Source: Candidatus Latescibacterota bacterium (GTDB lineage: Bacteria > Latescibacterota > UBA2968). Taken from it: a stretch of DNA of 64,000 nt. The translations under genes and the position numbers were made by a program. Below are positions 44,760 to 54,580 of the stretch, piece after piece; position 1 is the stretch's first letter; each line of letters opens with the position of its first letter. Below the pieces are notes generated by a model. The model was not told the origin of the DNA, made no database searches, and saw only the letters and a list, made by a program, of their open reading frames with translations. The stretch covers positions 4,864,001 to 4,928,000 of the forward strand of contig OZ220741.1 of NCBI GenBank assembly GCA_965116885.1, written 5' to 3'.

Positions 44760-46244
44760 ATGCAAACAGGAGAAAAAATGAAAATTCTGCTCGCAGCCTT
44801 CAAACAAGAAACATCCAGCTTTAACCCTGCACGCACGCCCTACGATATGTTCGACGTGCGATTTGGCGATGAATTGCTCGCACTGCGGGGTAGCAATACC
44901 GAAATCGCTGGCGCGCTCGACATCTTCGCCGAACGCGCAGACATCGACTTAGTACCCATCTATTCAGCATCATCTGTATCCGGCGGGCCAGTCGCCGACG
45001 CGGACCTCAACAAGCTCATGGAAGAACTGCTCACAGGCATTCGCAACAATGCCCCCGCAGACGGAATGCTCATGGTCTTTCACGGCGCAATGGCTGGCGA
45101 AACCGAAGTCGATCCCGAAGGATATGTCCTGACCGAAATCCGCAACATCCTCGGTGATGTGCCCATTGTCACCACCTTTGACCTGCACGGCATCATCACA
45201 GATCGCCTCATCGCGCAATCCGATATCATGGTCCCCTTCCACACGTACCCACACATCGACATGTACGAAACCGGGCAACGGGGGGCGCGCAACCTGCTCG
45301 CCCTTCTCGATGGCAATGTCAAACCCACCGTCGCGCACATCCCATTGCCCATGCTCGTGCGAGGCGACGAACTCATCACCAAAACTGGACGATTTGGTCA
45401 GGCCATCCGCTGGTGCCAGGAAATAGAAAATTCCGAAGGAGGCCTGGGCAGCGGGGTCTATATCGGCAATCCCTTCACCGATGTACCCGACCTGCGCTCC
45501 AACGTCATTGTCTTTATCGACAACGATCCCGAACGCGCACACCGCGAAGCCAAACGCATCGCCCAATACATGTGGGACAATCGCGACCATTTCACCGCGC
45601 CACTCACCGCGATTCCAGACGCCATACGCCTGGCCGAAGAAACCCGGGGCCTTACCGTCTTTTCCGACGCTGCCGATGCCACATCTTCCGGCGCATCTGG
45701 CGATAGCAACGCCATTCTCAAGGGCCTGTTTGAACACAATTACCAGGGCCGCGCACTCCTGCCCATAGTCGATCCTCCGGCCGTTGAAGCAGCCTTCAAC
45801 GCAGGTGTAGGCGCCACCATAACCATACCTATTGGCGGCGCCATAGACAAAGCGCGTTTTTCCCCCCTCGAATGCGAAGTCTATGTCCAACTGCTCACCG
45901 ATGGGGCATATATTACAGGCACGGGCACATCGGGACATGCCGGCAACACGGCTGTGCTCCAGGCCGGGACTTACAGCATCATGGCGACCACGCACCCGGT
46001 AAGCATCATGGATCGCAAAGTCTTTGAAGCGCGCGGCCTCGACCCGCGAGACTTTGACCTGGTCGTGTGCAAATCACCCAACGGCTTTCGGGTTCACTTC
46101 GAAGAAATCGCCGCCCGAATCGTACCTGTTGACGCACCCGGCTCCACCAGTGCCAACTTAAAATCCCTGCCCTATACCGAATGCCAACGCCCCATATTTC
46201 CGCTGGACGATGGCGTGCAACCGCCACGAGAAATAGACGAATAG
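44760..46244 (+). CDS. M81 family metallopeptidase (MlrC-like)
   Basis: QETSSF, FHGAM, DPEG, FDLHG, TYPHIDM, SDAAD; alternative start at 44778. Confidence 0.9.
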   Translation: MQTGEKMKILLAAFKQETSSFNPARTPYDMFDVRFGDELLALRGSNTEIAGALDIFAERADIDLVPIYSASSVSGGPVADADLNKLMEELLTGIRNNAPADGMLMVFHGAMAGETEVDPEGYVLTEIRNILGDVPIVTTFDLHGIITDRLIAQSDIMVPFHTYPHIDMYETGQRGARNLLALLDGNVKPTVAHIPLPMLVRGDELITKTGRFGQAIRWCQEIENSEGGLGSGVYIGNPFTDVPDLRSNVIVFIDNDPERAHREAKRIAQYMWDNRDHFTAPLTAIPDAIRLAEETRGLTVFSDAADATSSGASGDSNAILKGLFEHNYQGRALLPIVDPPAVEAAFNAGVGATITIPIGGAIDKARFSPLECEVYVQLLTDGAYITGTGTSGHAGNTAVLQAGTYSIMATTHPVSIMDRKVFEARGLDPRDFDLVVCKSPNGFRVHFEEIAARIVPVDAPGSTSANLKSLPYTECQRPIFPLDDGVQPPREIDE

Positions 46245-46245
46245 T

Positions 46246-47307
46246 ATGACACTGCTATGCCAAAGCTGTGGAAAAACCCGTAGCGCCAACACCTTGCAGT
46301 GGCACTGCACCTGCGGAGGCCTCTTTGACCTCCACTTTGAAGCCGAGCTTTTCGTTGACGCACTGCCTCACCGACCGCCCACCCTGTGGCGCTACCGCGA
46401 AGCCATTCCCATCGAAGACGACGCCCATATCGTCACCCTCGATGAAGGGTTCACACCACTGACCCCCTTAACCATCGCCGGCAAATCTCTCCTCGTCAAA
46501 CAGGACCACCTGTTTCCATCTGGTTCGTACAAAGACCGCGGCGCAACCGTTTTGATCAGCCATGCAAAAGCACTGGACATTCACCACATGGTCGAAGATT
46601 CGTCGGGCAATGCAGGTGCGGCTGTCGCGGCTTACGCGGCGCGTGCGGGAATTGCCTGTGACATCTACGTTCCCGACAGCACATCAGCGGCAAAACTCGC
46701 GCAAATTCAGAGCTATGGCGCAACCCTATACAAAATCCCGGGATCGCGGGAAGACACAGCGCATGCGGTTCAAGACGCGGCACAAAAACACTTTTATGCA
46801 AGCCATGTCTGGAGCCCCTTCTTCTTTCACGGCACCAAAACTTATGCATACGAAATCTGGGAACAACGCAATTTCAACATACCAGATACACTCATCATAC
46901 CAACGGGAAACGGAACGCTACTGATCGGTGCTTACATCGGATTCACGGACCTTCTCAAACAAAATTTGATCACCCACCTGCCCAAACTCATCGCCGTGCA
47001 ATCCGCCCATTGCGCCCCTCTCACACCCACCTGGACGGGCAAATCCTCCGCGACCATCGCCGAAGGCATCGCCATTGCAGAACCCGCCCGCGCAGCGCAG
47101 ATCGTCCAGTGCATTGATAAAACAGGGGGCGACATCCTCACCGTTGACGACCGCGAAACGCGCAACGCCCAAAAACTAATGACCGAAATGGGCTTTTACA
47201 TCGAACCCACTTCGGCCACAGCCATTGCAGCTTATGTGAAATACCCATCTCAAAAAGACGAAATCGTCGTCGCCCCCCTCACGGGACACGGTCTAAAAGC
47301 AAAATAA
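46246..47307 (+). CDS. Threonine synthase-like PLP enzyme with N-terminal Cys cluster
   Basis: CQSC..CTCGG, EGFTPL, PSGSYKDRG, SSGNAG, PTGNG, LTGHGLK. Confidence 0.88.
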   Translation: MTLLCQSCGKTRSANTLQWHCTCGGLFDLHFEAELFVDALPHRPPTLWRYREAIPIEDDAHIVTLDEGFTPLTPLTIAGKSLLVKQDHLFPSGSYKDRGATVLISHAKALDIHHMVEDSSGNAGAAVAAYAARAGIACDIYVPDSTSAAKLAQIQSYGATLYKIPGSREDTAHAVQDAAQKHFYASHVWSPFFFHGTKTYAYEIWEQRNFNIPDTLIIPTGNGTLLIGAYIGFTDLLKQNLITHLPKLIAVQSAHCAPLTPTWTGKSSATIAEGIAIAEPARAAQIVQCIDKTGGDILTVDDRETRNAQKLMTEMGFYIEPTSATAIAAYVKYPSQKDEIVVAPLTGHGLKAK

Positions 47308-47310
47308 CGA

Positions 47311-48702
47311 TCATACCCGCCAGGAAATTTTCTCCCAATCCTCATCCTCGCATTGTTGCACGTATTCCCGCACAATCCGCAACGCATTTTCGGGACTGCC
47401 CGAGCGATCCATATCCACCCAATTTATCGCGTCGCGTTTTGCGACCATCCAGCTTTTCAAAATTTCAAAAGAGTCACCCGTTTCAAGATCTGATTCCAAT
47501 TCCTCGAGAAAGTAGAACTCGTGCAGCGTACGCTCTATCACCTCCCAATCGCACAGATCTTTGTTCGCACGCACCTGAAAAAAAGATGTATCATTCACAA
47601 CACAGAACAACTCGACGCAATCCAACTCAGCCGACGGCAGAATCAGCACTATATTTTTCAAATTACCCAATTCCGCATCGCGCTTGTGTACATCGAGCTG
47701 CGTATTAAACTCTGGCTGGCACAGCGCAATCAGTTTCGACTCCAGCAGGAGCGCCTCAAGCTCAGAACCAACCGTCTCCACCTCCATGGACCATATCCGA
47801 TCCAAAATACGCTGCGTCTTTTCTGGTCGCTCCGATCTTCTGGCAAAATAACTGCCCACGCGCCTACGCAAATTCACCGCCTTGCCCACATAAATCACGC
47901 CACCCTCGCGATCTCGCATAATATAAACCCCGGGCAACTCGGGCAACGAACTCAAAAATACCTCGTCAAAAGCATACGCATCAAAATGTATTGGAATGGG
48001 ATCCGGGTATAGCGCGGCAGTCACTGCCTCAATAGTATTGAGACCTTCCTCTTCACACCGCTCCAAAAGATCCAACAGAATATCGGCCTGCAGACTCGCC
48101 TCCCCTTCAGCTCCGCGATCCGACACAAAAGACATCCCCATAGCAGAAGCCAGATCCTCGACAGAATGCAACCGCACATCGGGACAAAAACGTCTCCCCA
48201 GCCGAAACAGACAAATCCCGGAATCTACGACATCTTTACCCATCATCAGGCGACTCATCCTATTCAAATCTCTCCGCATCCTGGACCACTGAAATCCCAC
48301 TGGAATCGCATCGCTCACCCCTTCGGCAAAAGAATCCAAAATCCCCTCTCGACCATCCAGGCGTACCTGAACCATAGGAAATAGCGTTTCGCGTCCCCCC
48401 ATCTGCACCTTGCGCCCCGCAAGTGCATAAACCTCTGCATCCGCAGACGGGACCAGCCCAAAACAAAAAAAAGAAACCTCCCGCAGGGTCTTACCCTGTC
48501 CCGGAGGTCTTAAATACCACATACCACTGCGATCACATACAAAACGGGAATCATCTTCAACAGCCGCGCGCACCACCTTATCGGCTATGCGACCGCGTGC
48601 GCCGTATAACCCCAAGGCCTCAGAAGCCAGCACCTCTGCGTGTACACCCGTATCGCGCTGCTCTAAAAAAGCGTAGATGCGATCCTTAACGGTTTTATTC
48701 AC
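47311..48702 (-). CDS. Degenerate DnaQ-like domain fused to a UvrC-type GIY-YIG nuclease
   Basis: LPELPGVYIMRDREGGVIYVGKAVNLRRRVGSYF and SELEALLLESKLI..PEFN. Confidence 0.8.
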   Translation of the reverse strand: MNKTVKDRIYAFLEQRDTGVHAEVLASEALGLYGARGRIADKVVRAAVEDDSRFVCDRSGMWYLRPPGQGKTLREVSFFCFGLVPSADAEVYALAGRKVQMGGRETLFPMVQVRLDGREGILDSFAEGVSDAIPVGFQWSRMRRDLNRMSRLMMGKDVVDSGICLFRLGRRFCPDVRLHSVEDLASAMGMSFVSDRGAEGEASLQADILLDLLERCEEEGLNTIEAVTAALYPDPIPIHFDAYAFDEVFLSSLPELPGVYIMRDREGGVIYVGKAVNLRRRVGSYFARRSERPEKTQRILDRIWSMEVETVGSELEALLLESKLIALCQPEFNTQLDVHKRDAELGNLKNIVLILPSAELDCVELFCVVNDTSFFQVRANKDLCDWEVIERTLHEFYFLEELESDLETGDSFEILKSWMVAKRDAINWVDMDRSGSPENALRIVREYVQQCEDEDWEKISWRV

Positions 48703-48710
48703 TGTTTATC

Positions 48711-49538
48711 CTATTGGGATTTGCGCGCAATCGCACACAGCCATTCGCCATCGTCGAGCATCTCATCAAGCACCAGATTGGCCCTGTCCAGTGCTGTACA
48801 AAACGCCTCGCGCTCACGGTCCAAAATCCCCCCTAAAATTGCATATCCTTCGGGATGCAGCCGCTTTGCCAGTTCTGGAACTATAGGCAACAAAATACTG
48901 CTGATGATATTTGCAACCACCACATCAAAAATCCCCGATACCCTATCGACAGAACACTGCATCAAAACCACCTGTGCATCCACACCATTCAAAACACAGT
49001 TGGCCCGGGCATTCTCAATCGCAGCCGCCTCAATATCCACCGCCATGACCTTTGCCGCGCCCAACTTCACAGCCGCAATACTCAAAATCCCCGATCCCGT
49101 ACCAACATCCAGCACCCGATCCCCTGATGTTATCTTCTTCTCCAGGCCCAAAAGTGCCAGACGCGTTGTCTCGTGATGCCCGGTGCCAAACGCCATTTGC
49201 GGATCAATCGCGATTGTAAAACCACCCGGAGGATCGGGCACCCTGTCCCACGGTGGACAAATTGCCATGCGAGGCGTTGGATAAACAGGCTGAAAAAAAG
49301 AACGCCACCCCAGTGTCCAATCCGTATCGGGCACGGGTTCAAAGCGGCATTCATAGGGCCTGAGAGCCTGTTCTATCTCCGCTTTATTTTCTGCCACCTC
49401 AAAATACGCCGTCAGCCGAACCCCATCGCTTATGTCCTCTTCCACCACACCACAACACCCCAGCTCGAACAACTCGGCAGACACAATTTCAACCCTTGCC
49501 TGCGGCAGTACCACAGATACTTGAAAATAAGTATTCAC
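48711..49538 (-). CDS. prmA: Ribosomal protein L11 methyltransferase
   Basis: IDPQMAFGTGHHETT, VLDVGTGSGILSIAA, VVANI; GTG start inferred. Confidence 0.92.
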   Translation of the reverse strand: MNTYFQVSVVLPQARVEIVSAELFELGCCGVVEEDISDGVRLTAYFEVAENKAEIEQALRPYECRFEPVPDTDWTLGWRSFFQPVYPTPRMAICPPWDRVPDPPGGFTIAIDPQMAFGTGHHETTRLALLGLEKKITSGDRVLDVGTGSGILSIAAVKLGAAKVMAVDIEAAAIENARANCVLNGVDAQVVLMQCSVDRVSGIFDVVVANIISSILLPIVPELAKRLHPEGYAILGGILDREREAFCTALDRANLVLDEMLDDGEWLCAIARKSQ

Positions 49539-49542
49539 TTTC

Positions 49543-51495
49543 TCACCACGAATGCGTGCGATGGCCCTGCCCTGGAAACCATATCTGATCGACAAAAAAC
49601 GACAGAAGCACACCCAGAGCATGGCCTACGAGCAACCCCAAAAATAAGGGACGCAAACGCCGATAGAGTTCCACACCGCCTATGCGTAAAATGATCGATT
49701 TGATACCCCAGGCCATAAAAACAGAAAAAACTGAATGCACGGCATGCGTCAGCGGCACAACCATGCCAATGGGCGCGAGGGGCCACCATGCAAAACGGTA
49801 GCGCATCAGACTCACCGCTGCAAAAATGCCAACGCCCAACAGCAAAAACAGGGGGCGCTCGCTCTCCCATTTTTCTTCGCCCTTCAGCGCCTTGACCAGC
49901 CCATCATAGGTTCGCGGCGGATAGCGCGTAAATGGAAAATCATTAAAATTATAAGCCCCGTGCAAATAGCCCAGATAAAGCGAATAGGCAATTGCAGCGC
50001 CAATGCCTATCACGAGCGTCAGTCCAATGCCCACAACCAGCAACTTCTTATTTCTTCCCGCCATATCCGCAATGCGCGCCGCATGCACGAGTGGAGGCAT
50101 AAACATTGCTTTGTTCTGTGAGCGCACCGAATCGACCAGACGCAATGCCGTCAGCGTTGAAGCATCAAATGATTTGGGGCCAAAAATAAAAGGCAAGAGA
50201 CCATTGGGCGTCATCGGCATGCTAAAATAAATCACGCCCGTCTCGGCAATCACCCTTGCCGTACCCAAATAGGTAACAAAAATACCCAGCGTAAGAGCAA
50301 TCGCAACAGCCCAGCTAATCCCCACAGTTTGAAACCAGAAAATCAAAAAAATCAGACTGAACAGCAGGCCAAACGCACACGCCCGATACGAAAGCATCTC
50401 ATCTGAATCATCAATCCGGCGATCCCCGCGAAACGCTTTGACAAACACATCGCGAATGTGGAACCGCGCCATCCACAACCCAAATAAAACCATCGCCACA
50501 AACGCGCCCCCAGCTTGTAGCGAAGTCGTCGCATCTGCAGCACTGCCTTTATTGCTCAGATTAATCCCCACGCGCCTGTAAAACATGGCCTGCACGCAGT
50601 AAAACAAATAAAATACCCAGATGGAAAACAGCACATCCAGGTTGGCAAAATAGGCAAAACCCACAGTATAAAAATTGAACCGCACATGAATGCGCGGGAA
50701 ATACACGCCCATGGGCATCCACCCCGGCCCCAGGCTGATAACCGGAAATCCGGGTGAAAAATAACTGATGATATTCCAGGACAGGATGAGAAATGGAATC
50801 GCAGCACCAAACAGGAAGAATTTATTCTTTAAAAGGGGCACTCTGTACTCTGCTTCAGCCAGATCACCCGCCGGGTGCAAAATGGGATAGGCCAATCGCT
50901 CGTGCTCTGCCCATTGCTTGCGCAACATCACCGCCAGACAAATGCACCCCACTACAATGGCAGCAATAAACGTCATCCACCCAAACAAAGGCACAAACCA
51001 CACGCCCCAGGGAATGGGCATGTCCGGACTGGGCAGACCCTCAAACAACCACTGCATAGCCCCGCCTTCATTGGAGGGAATCAACCAGTTGGGCAAATAC
51101 TGGTGAAAATAACTTCCCCACTGATTCTCTGGCGTGGCGAGATAATAGGGAATGGAAATCATGCCCAAAAAATAACTCGTCAGCCCAAAGGCGGGAACAG
51201 CAGCCCCCACCAATCCCATCGCCAGAATCGTCCACACTTCGGTACTCGTCAATGCCCATTGAGCCCGCCATCGACGCGCGAGTGCATTGCCCAGAGTCAA
51301 CACCACATAAGGCGCAAATAACGCAATCGGAAAATGCGTGATATTCATACGTGCGGTGTGGGCGATATATTCGACATACGTATTCCACCCAATAACGACC
51401 AGCGCGAGTACCAACCCCACAATAATTGATCGCGCAGTCACACCTTCCCGCGCGGCGAATGCATCGCGATCAACGATTCCCTCCTCAAGAGCCAT
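49543..51495 (-). CDS. Polytopic membrane protein (DUF6785/peptide-transporter-like)
   Basis: Many TM helices; YYLATPEN.W, LRKQWAEHERLAYP, RVIAETG, KSIILRIGG. Confidence 0.75.
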   Translation of the reverse strand: MALEEGIVDRDAFAAREGVTARSIIVGLVLALVVIGWNTYVEYIAHTARMNITHFPIALFAPYVVLTLGNALARRWRAQWALTSTEVWTILAMGLVGAAVPAFGLTSYFLGMISIPYYLATPENQWGSYFHQYLPNWLIPSNEGGAMQWLFEGLPSPDMPIPWGVWFVPLFGWMTFIAAIVVGCICLAVMLRKQWAEHERLAYPILHPAGDLAEAEYRVPLLKNKFFLFGAAIPFLILSWNIISYFSPGFPVISLGPGWMPMGVYFPRIHVRFNFYTVGFAYFANLDVLFSIWVFYLFYCVQAMFYRRVGINLSNKGSAADATTSLQAGGAFVAMVLFGLWMARFHIRDVFVKAFRGDRRIDDSDEMLSYRACAFGLLFSLIFLIFWFQTVGISWAVAIALTLGIFVTYLGTARVIAETGVIYFSMPMTPNGLLPFIFGPKSFDASTLTALRLVDSVRSQNKAMFMPPLVHAARIADMAGRNKKLLVVGIGLTLVIGIGAAIAYSLYLGYLHGAYNFNDFPFTRYPPRTYDGLVKALKGEEKWESERPLFLLLGVGIFAAVSLMRYRFAWWPLAPIGMVVPLTHAVHSVFSVFMAWGIKSIILRIGGVELYRRLRPLFLGLLVGHALGVLLSFFVDQIWFPGQGHRTHSW

Positions 51496-51511
51496 CTTGT
51501 AATATTTCCTC

Positions 51512-51547
51512 CTATGTCCTCAACAGGGCGTATTTCGCTTCATCCAT
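51512..51547 (-). pseudogene. Possible 11-codon remnant of a HEPN toxin gene
   Basis: MDEAKYALLRT* starts overlapping the MNT stop (ATGGATGA), where the HEPN partner would normally begin. Confidence 0.35.
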
Positions 51548-51887
51548 AGATCTTCATTCCTTTTTGTCGAAAGTGATCTGCAGACATGTGCAAATCCAGA
51601 TCAATCACATCCACATCCCGTTCAACAGCATCTTCGACAACCTTCATCACATCCAGAACGCGCGCAGAAGCACCACCAATTGCCACATCGACATCGGACT
51701 TGTGATCCCATCGGTGTAAAAAAAGAAGCGATCCAACGATAAAAGCCTCGCGCACCCCATACTTCTCCCGACAAACGCGCAACGCACTCGCCACACGATC
51801 TATAAGCGCGACACGCTCCCTATTTCTCTGCCTGCGCCGTATCTTCAATGTTCTATCGAGAACATCCGTCTCAAACATATCGTCCAC
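51540..51887 (-). CDS. Orphan MNT nucleotidyltransferase
   Basis: FIVGSL..SDVDVAI, DVDVIDL. Confidence 0.8.
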   Translation of the reverse strand: MDDMFETDVLDRTLKIRRRQRNRERVALIDRVASALRVCREKYGVREAFIVGSLLFLHRWDHKSDVDVAIGGASARVLDVMKVVEDAVERDVDVIDLDLHMSADHFRQKGMKIYG

Positions 51888-52105
51888 CTATAATTGAAAA
51901 AATTTTAGGCATCCCAATATATACAAATACCCGGCGGGGAACAATGAGCAATGATCGAGAGAAGACACTCACTATGAATTCACTTTAACTAAAAAAAGGG
52001 CGCGAGCAGGCAAACTCTCACGACCCTTTCTTTTTAGAAATTTGAGGTGATCTTTATTTTACTACATCTGAAAATGAAGCATCGTCACAATCGAAAGTGT
52101 AATGT

Positions 52106-52483
52106 TCAGGCGTCAATATAAGAAATGTCGTACTGCTTGAGACGCATATCCCGTGTGACGAGCGTCAAGTCCTCCAATTGCACTTGCGCCACCTGGATGC
52201 GGTCAAAAGGATCCTGGTGGATTGACGGCAGAGAAGCCACGGCCAGAGCATGTGGCACAGTGATGGGCAGAGGTTGAAAACGGTCTTCCTCCATAACTGC
52301 TTCCAGGTCGTCGGGAGCCTGGAGTTTGCCGAGTGCCTTTTTGATGGCGATTTCCCAGACCGCCGCCGCGCTGACAAAAACCTCATTGCTATTTAAAGAG
52401 ATCGCCTCCCGGGCAGGGGAAGCGAGTAAAACAGGATCGTCCAGCCACCACAGGAGCACATGGGTATCCAGCAACAACCTCAC
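52106..52483 (-). CDS. VapC/PIN-domain toxin
   Basis: LLLDTHVLLW, WEIAIK, HQDPFDR, LVTRD. Confidence 0.93.
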   Translation of the reverse strand: MRLLLDTHVLLWWLDDPVLLASPAREAISLNSNEVFVSAAAVWEIAIKKALGKLQAPDDLEAVMEEDRFQPLPITVPHALAVASLPSIHQDPFDRIQVAQVQLEDLTLVTRDMRLKQYDISYIDA

Positions 52484-52719
52484 GCTTTTTCCCCTTTAAA
52501 AGCAGACGCCAGGTCCTTGGGTAGTGTATCAAAATCAGCGGCTATTTGTACTCGACCACGCCACTGTCCGCCTTTGCGGGGACGGAGGATTTGCTCATAA
52601 GGAACCAGTCTTGCCACCGGTTTGCCCGCCTGTCCGATGACGATCTCTTCCCCCTGCAACACCTGTTCAATCAGCCGGGCAAGCTGGGTCTCAGCCTCGT
52701 ACATATTGGTGATCTGCAT
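52480..52719 (-). CDS. Phd/YefM family antitoxin
   Basis: NMYEAETQLARLIEQVLQGEEIVIGQAGKPVARLVP; 4-nt overlap with the toxin gene. Confidence 0.9.
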   Translation of the reverse strand: MQITNMYEAETQLARLIEQVLQGEEIVIGQAGKPVARLVPYEQILRPRKGGQWRGRVQIAADFDTLPKDLASAFKGEKA

Positions 52720-52736
52720 AACAATAACCCTTTATT

Positions 52737-53375
52737 CTATCTAAAGAACACCGACACACCACCCTTCACAAAATGGCGTTTGATGCGATCTTCCCCAGCA
52801 AATAAGACCGAATACCCATACATCGCGGTCAGAGCCGTGTGTTTTGACAGCACCTGACGCGTACCTGCGCCACCGCCCAATTCACTAACATTGCCCCATC
52901 CCAAAAAATCGCGTGCAGCAAAGGCTTCTACAAACGGAAAAGTGCGCTTTTTAATTTGGATGGGAATATTCAACCGATAAAAACCCGACACCGAAGACCC
53001 AAACCCGTCATCCACAGTCAAATAACGCCCCCGAGCATCTATCGTTGCATTGTCCAGCGCGGGTATTAGATCATCCCGGTCGGGGGTATCGAGACCTGCG
53101 CGCCTATCGTATTGTCTATTGCCCGCGATAAAAGAACCGCCAATTTGATGCCATCGGCTAATCGAATAAGCCACTTGAACTCCCGCGCGATAGAACAGGC
53201 TACTACCTGAAAACCGAACAGACATAATCGGCGTCACTTCCAATTGCCCCGCGCGAATAGGACCTATATTGATCCCTTCTCTACCCGTTTTTTCCTCTTC
53301 ACCAACCACATCGGCCCGAGCAGGTGCGCCCAACGCCAACAGCCCGGCAACCGTACATATCAGCCAGTATTTCAT
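52737..53375 (-). CDS. Hypothetical exported beta-barrel-like protein
   Basis: Signal peptide ending ARA, AGGAGGAG RBS, C-terminal VSVFFR. Confidence 0.65.
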   Translation of the reverse strand: MKYWLICTVAGLLALGAPARADVVGEEEKTGREGINIGPIRAGQLEVTPIMSVRFSGSSLFYRAGVQVAYSISRWHQIGGSFIAGNRQYDRRAGLDTPDRDDLIPALDNATIDARGRYLTVDDGFGSSVSGFYRLNIPIQIKKRTFPFVEAFAARDFLGWGNVSELGGGAGTRQVLSKHTALTAMYGYSVLFAGEDRIKRHFVKGGVSVFFR

Positions 53376-53582
53376 AGCGTCTCCTCCTGAAAGGTTCTAC
53401 CCCGGCACTTAGTCTAAAATATCCAAAAAAATCCCGACTGTCAACGGCTCTTGTTCACAGCCAATGTCGAGACACTGTGAACTTTTTGAAAACACGCATG
53501 TATTGACTTGACGTACCTTCGTATTCCCCATTAATTGTTGCGCTGGCACAAGTGCCACATTTTCTTTTTGGAAAGGACTCTC

Positions 53583-54563
53583 ATGGCAAAGAAGGCATTA
53601 ATCACCGGCATCACCGGACAAGACGGCTCTTATCTGGCAGAACTCCTGCTCGATAAGGGTTACGAAGTACACGGCATTGTCAGGCGCGTGGCTCTCGAAG
53701 ACCCCGAACACCGCCTCGGACGCATCACCCACTTGCAGCACAAAGTGGAACTCCATCCCGCATCACTCGAAAGCTTTCCCAGCATCTACAATGTCGTGCG
53801 TATCGTCCGCCCCGACGAGTGTTACCACCTCGCAGCGCAAAGCTTTGTCGATACCTCCTTCAAAGACGCATTTTCAACACTCAATATCAACATCAATGGC
53901 ACGCACTATGTCCTCGAAGCCCTCAATGAACTCGTGCCCGAATGTCGATTCTACTTTGCCGGATCGAGCGAGATGTTTGGCAAAGCCGAAGAAGTGCCCC
54001 AAACGGAAATCACGCGTTTTCATCCGCGCTCGCCCTACGGCATCTCCAAAGTCGCGGGATTTGACCTCACCCGCAACTATCGAGAAGCTTATGGCCTGTA
54101 CGCCGCCAGCGGCATCTTGTTCAACCACGAATCCCCTCGTCGGGGATTCGAATTTGTCACCCGCAAAATTACCTCCCACGTCGCGCGCATCCAACTCGGG
54201 CAAATCGGCCACCTGTCGCTCGGCAACCTCGATGCCAAACGCGACTGGGGGCACGCCCGCGAATACGTCAAAGCCATGTGGATAATGCTCCAACAAGACG
54301 CGCCCGATGATTATGTCATCGCAACCGGCGAAACCCATTCGGTACGCGAATTTTGCGAAATCGCCTTCTCACACGTCGGCCTCGACTATCGGGAACACGT
54401 TCAAATCGATCCGCGATTCTTGCGCCCGGCCGAAGTCGATCTGCTCATCGGCGATTGCACCAAAGCCAAGGACAAACTCAACTGGACTTACGATATAGGC
54501 TTTGAAGACCTCGTAAAAGAAATGGTTGACGCAGACCTCAGCTTTTTCTCAAAAAATTCATAA
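53583..54563 (+). CDS. gmd: GDP-mannose 4,6-dehydratase
   Basis: ALITGITGQDGSYLAE, HLAAQSFV, PRSPYGISK, ILFNHESPRRG, RDWGHA. Confidence 0.97.
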   Translation: MAKKALITGITGQDGSYLAELLLDKGYEVHGIVRRVALEDPEHRLGRITHLQHKVELHPASLESFPSIYNVVRIVRPDECYHLAAQSFVDTSFKDAFSTLNININGTHYVLEALNELVPECRFYFAGSSEMFGKAEEVPQTEITRFHPRSPYGISKVAGFDLTRNYREAYGLYAASGILFNHESPRRGFEFVTRKITSHVARIQLGQIGHLSLGNLDAKRDWGHAREYVKAMWIMLQQDAPDDYVIATGETHSVREFCEIAFSHVGLDYREHVQIDPRFLRPAEVDLLIGDCTKAKDKLNWTYDIGFEDLVKEMVDADLSFFSKNS

Positions 54564-54580
54564 CCCAAAAGGAGCGTAAT

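Noticed and set aside
53544..53560. TGGCACAAGTGCCA palindrome upstream of gmd as a sigma54 site
   Set aside because: The -12 TTGC element is not correctly placed; only a short dyad of unknown meaning.
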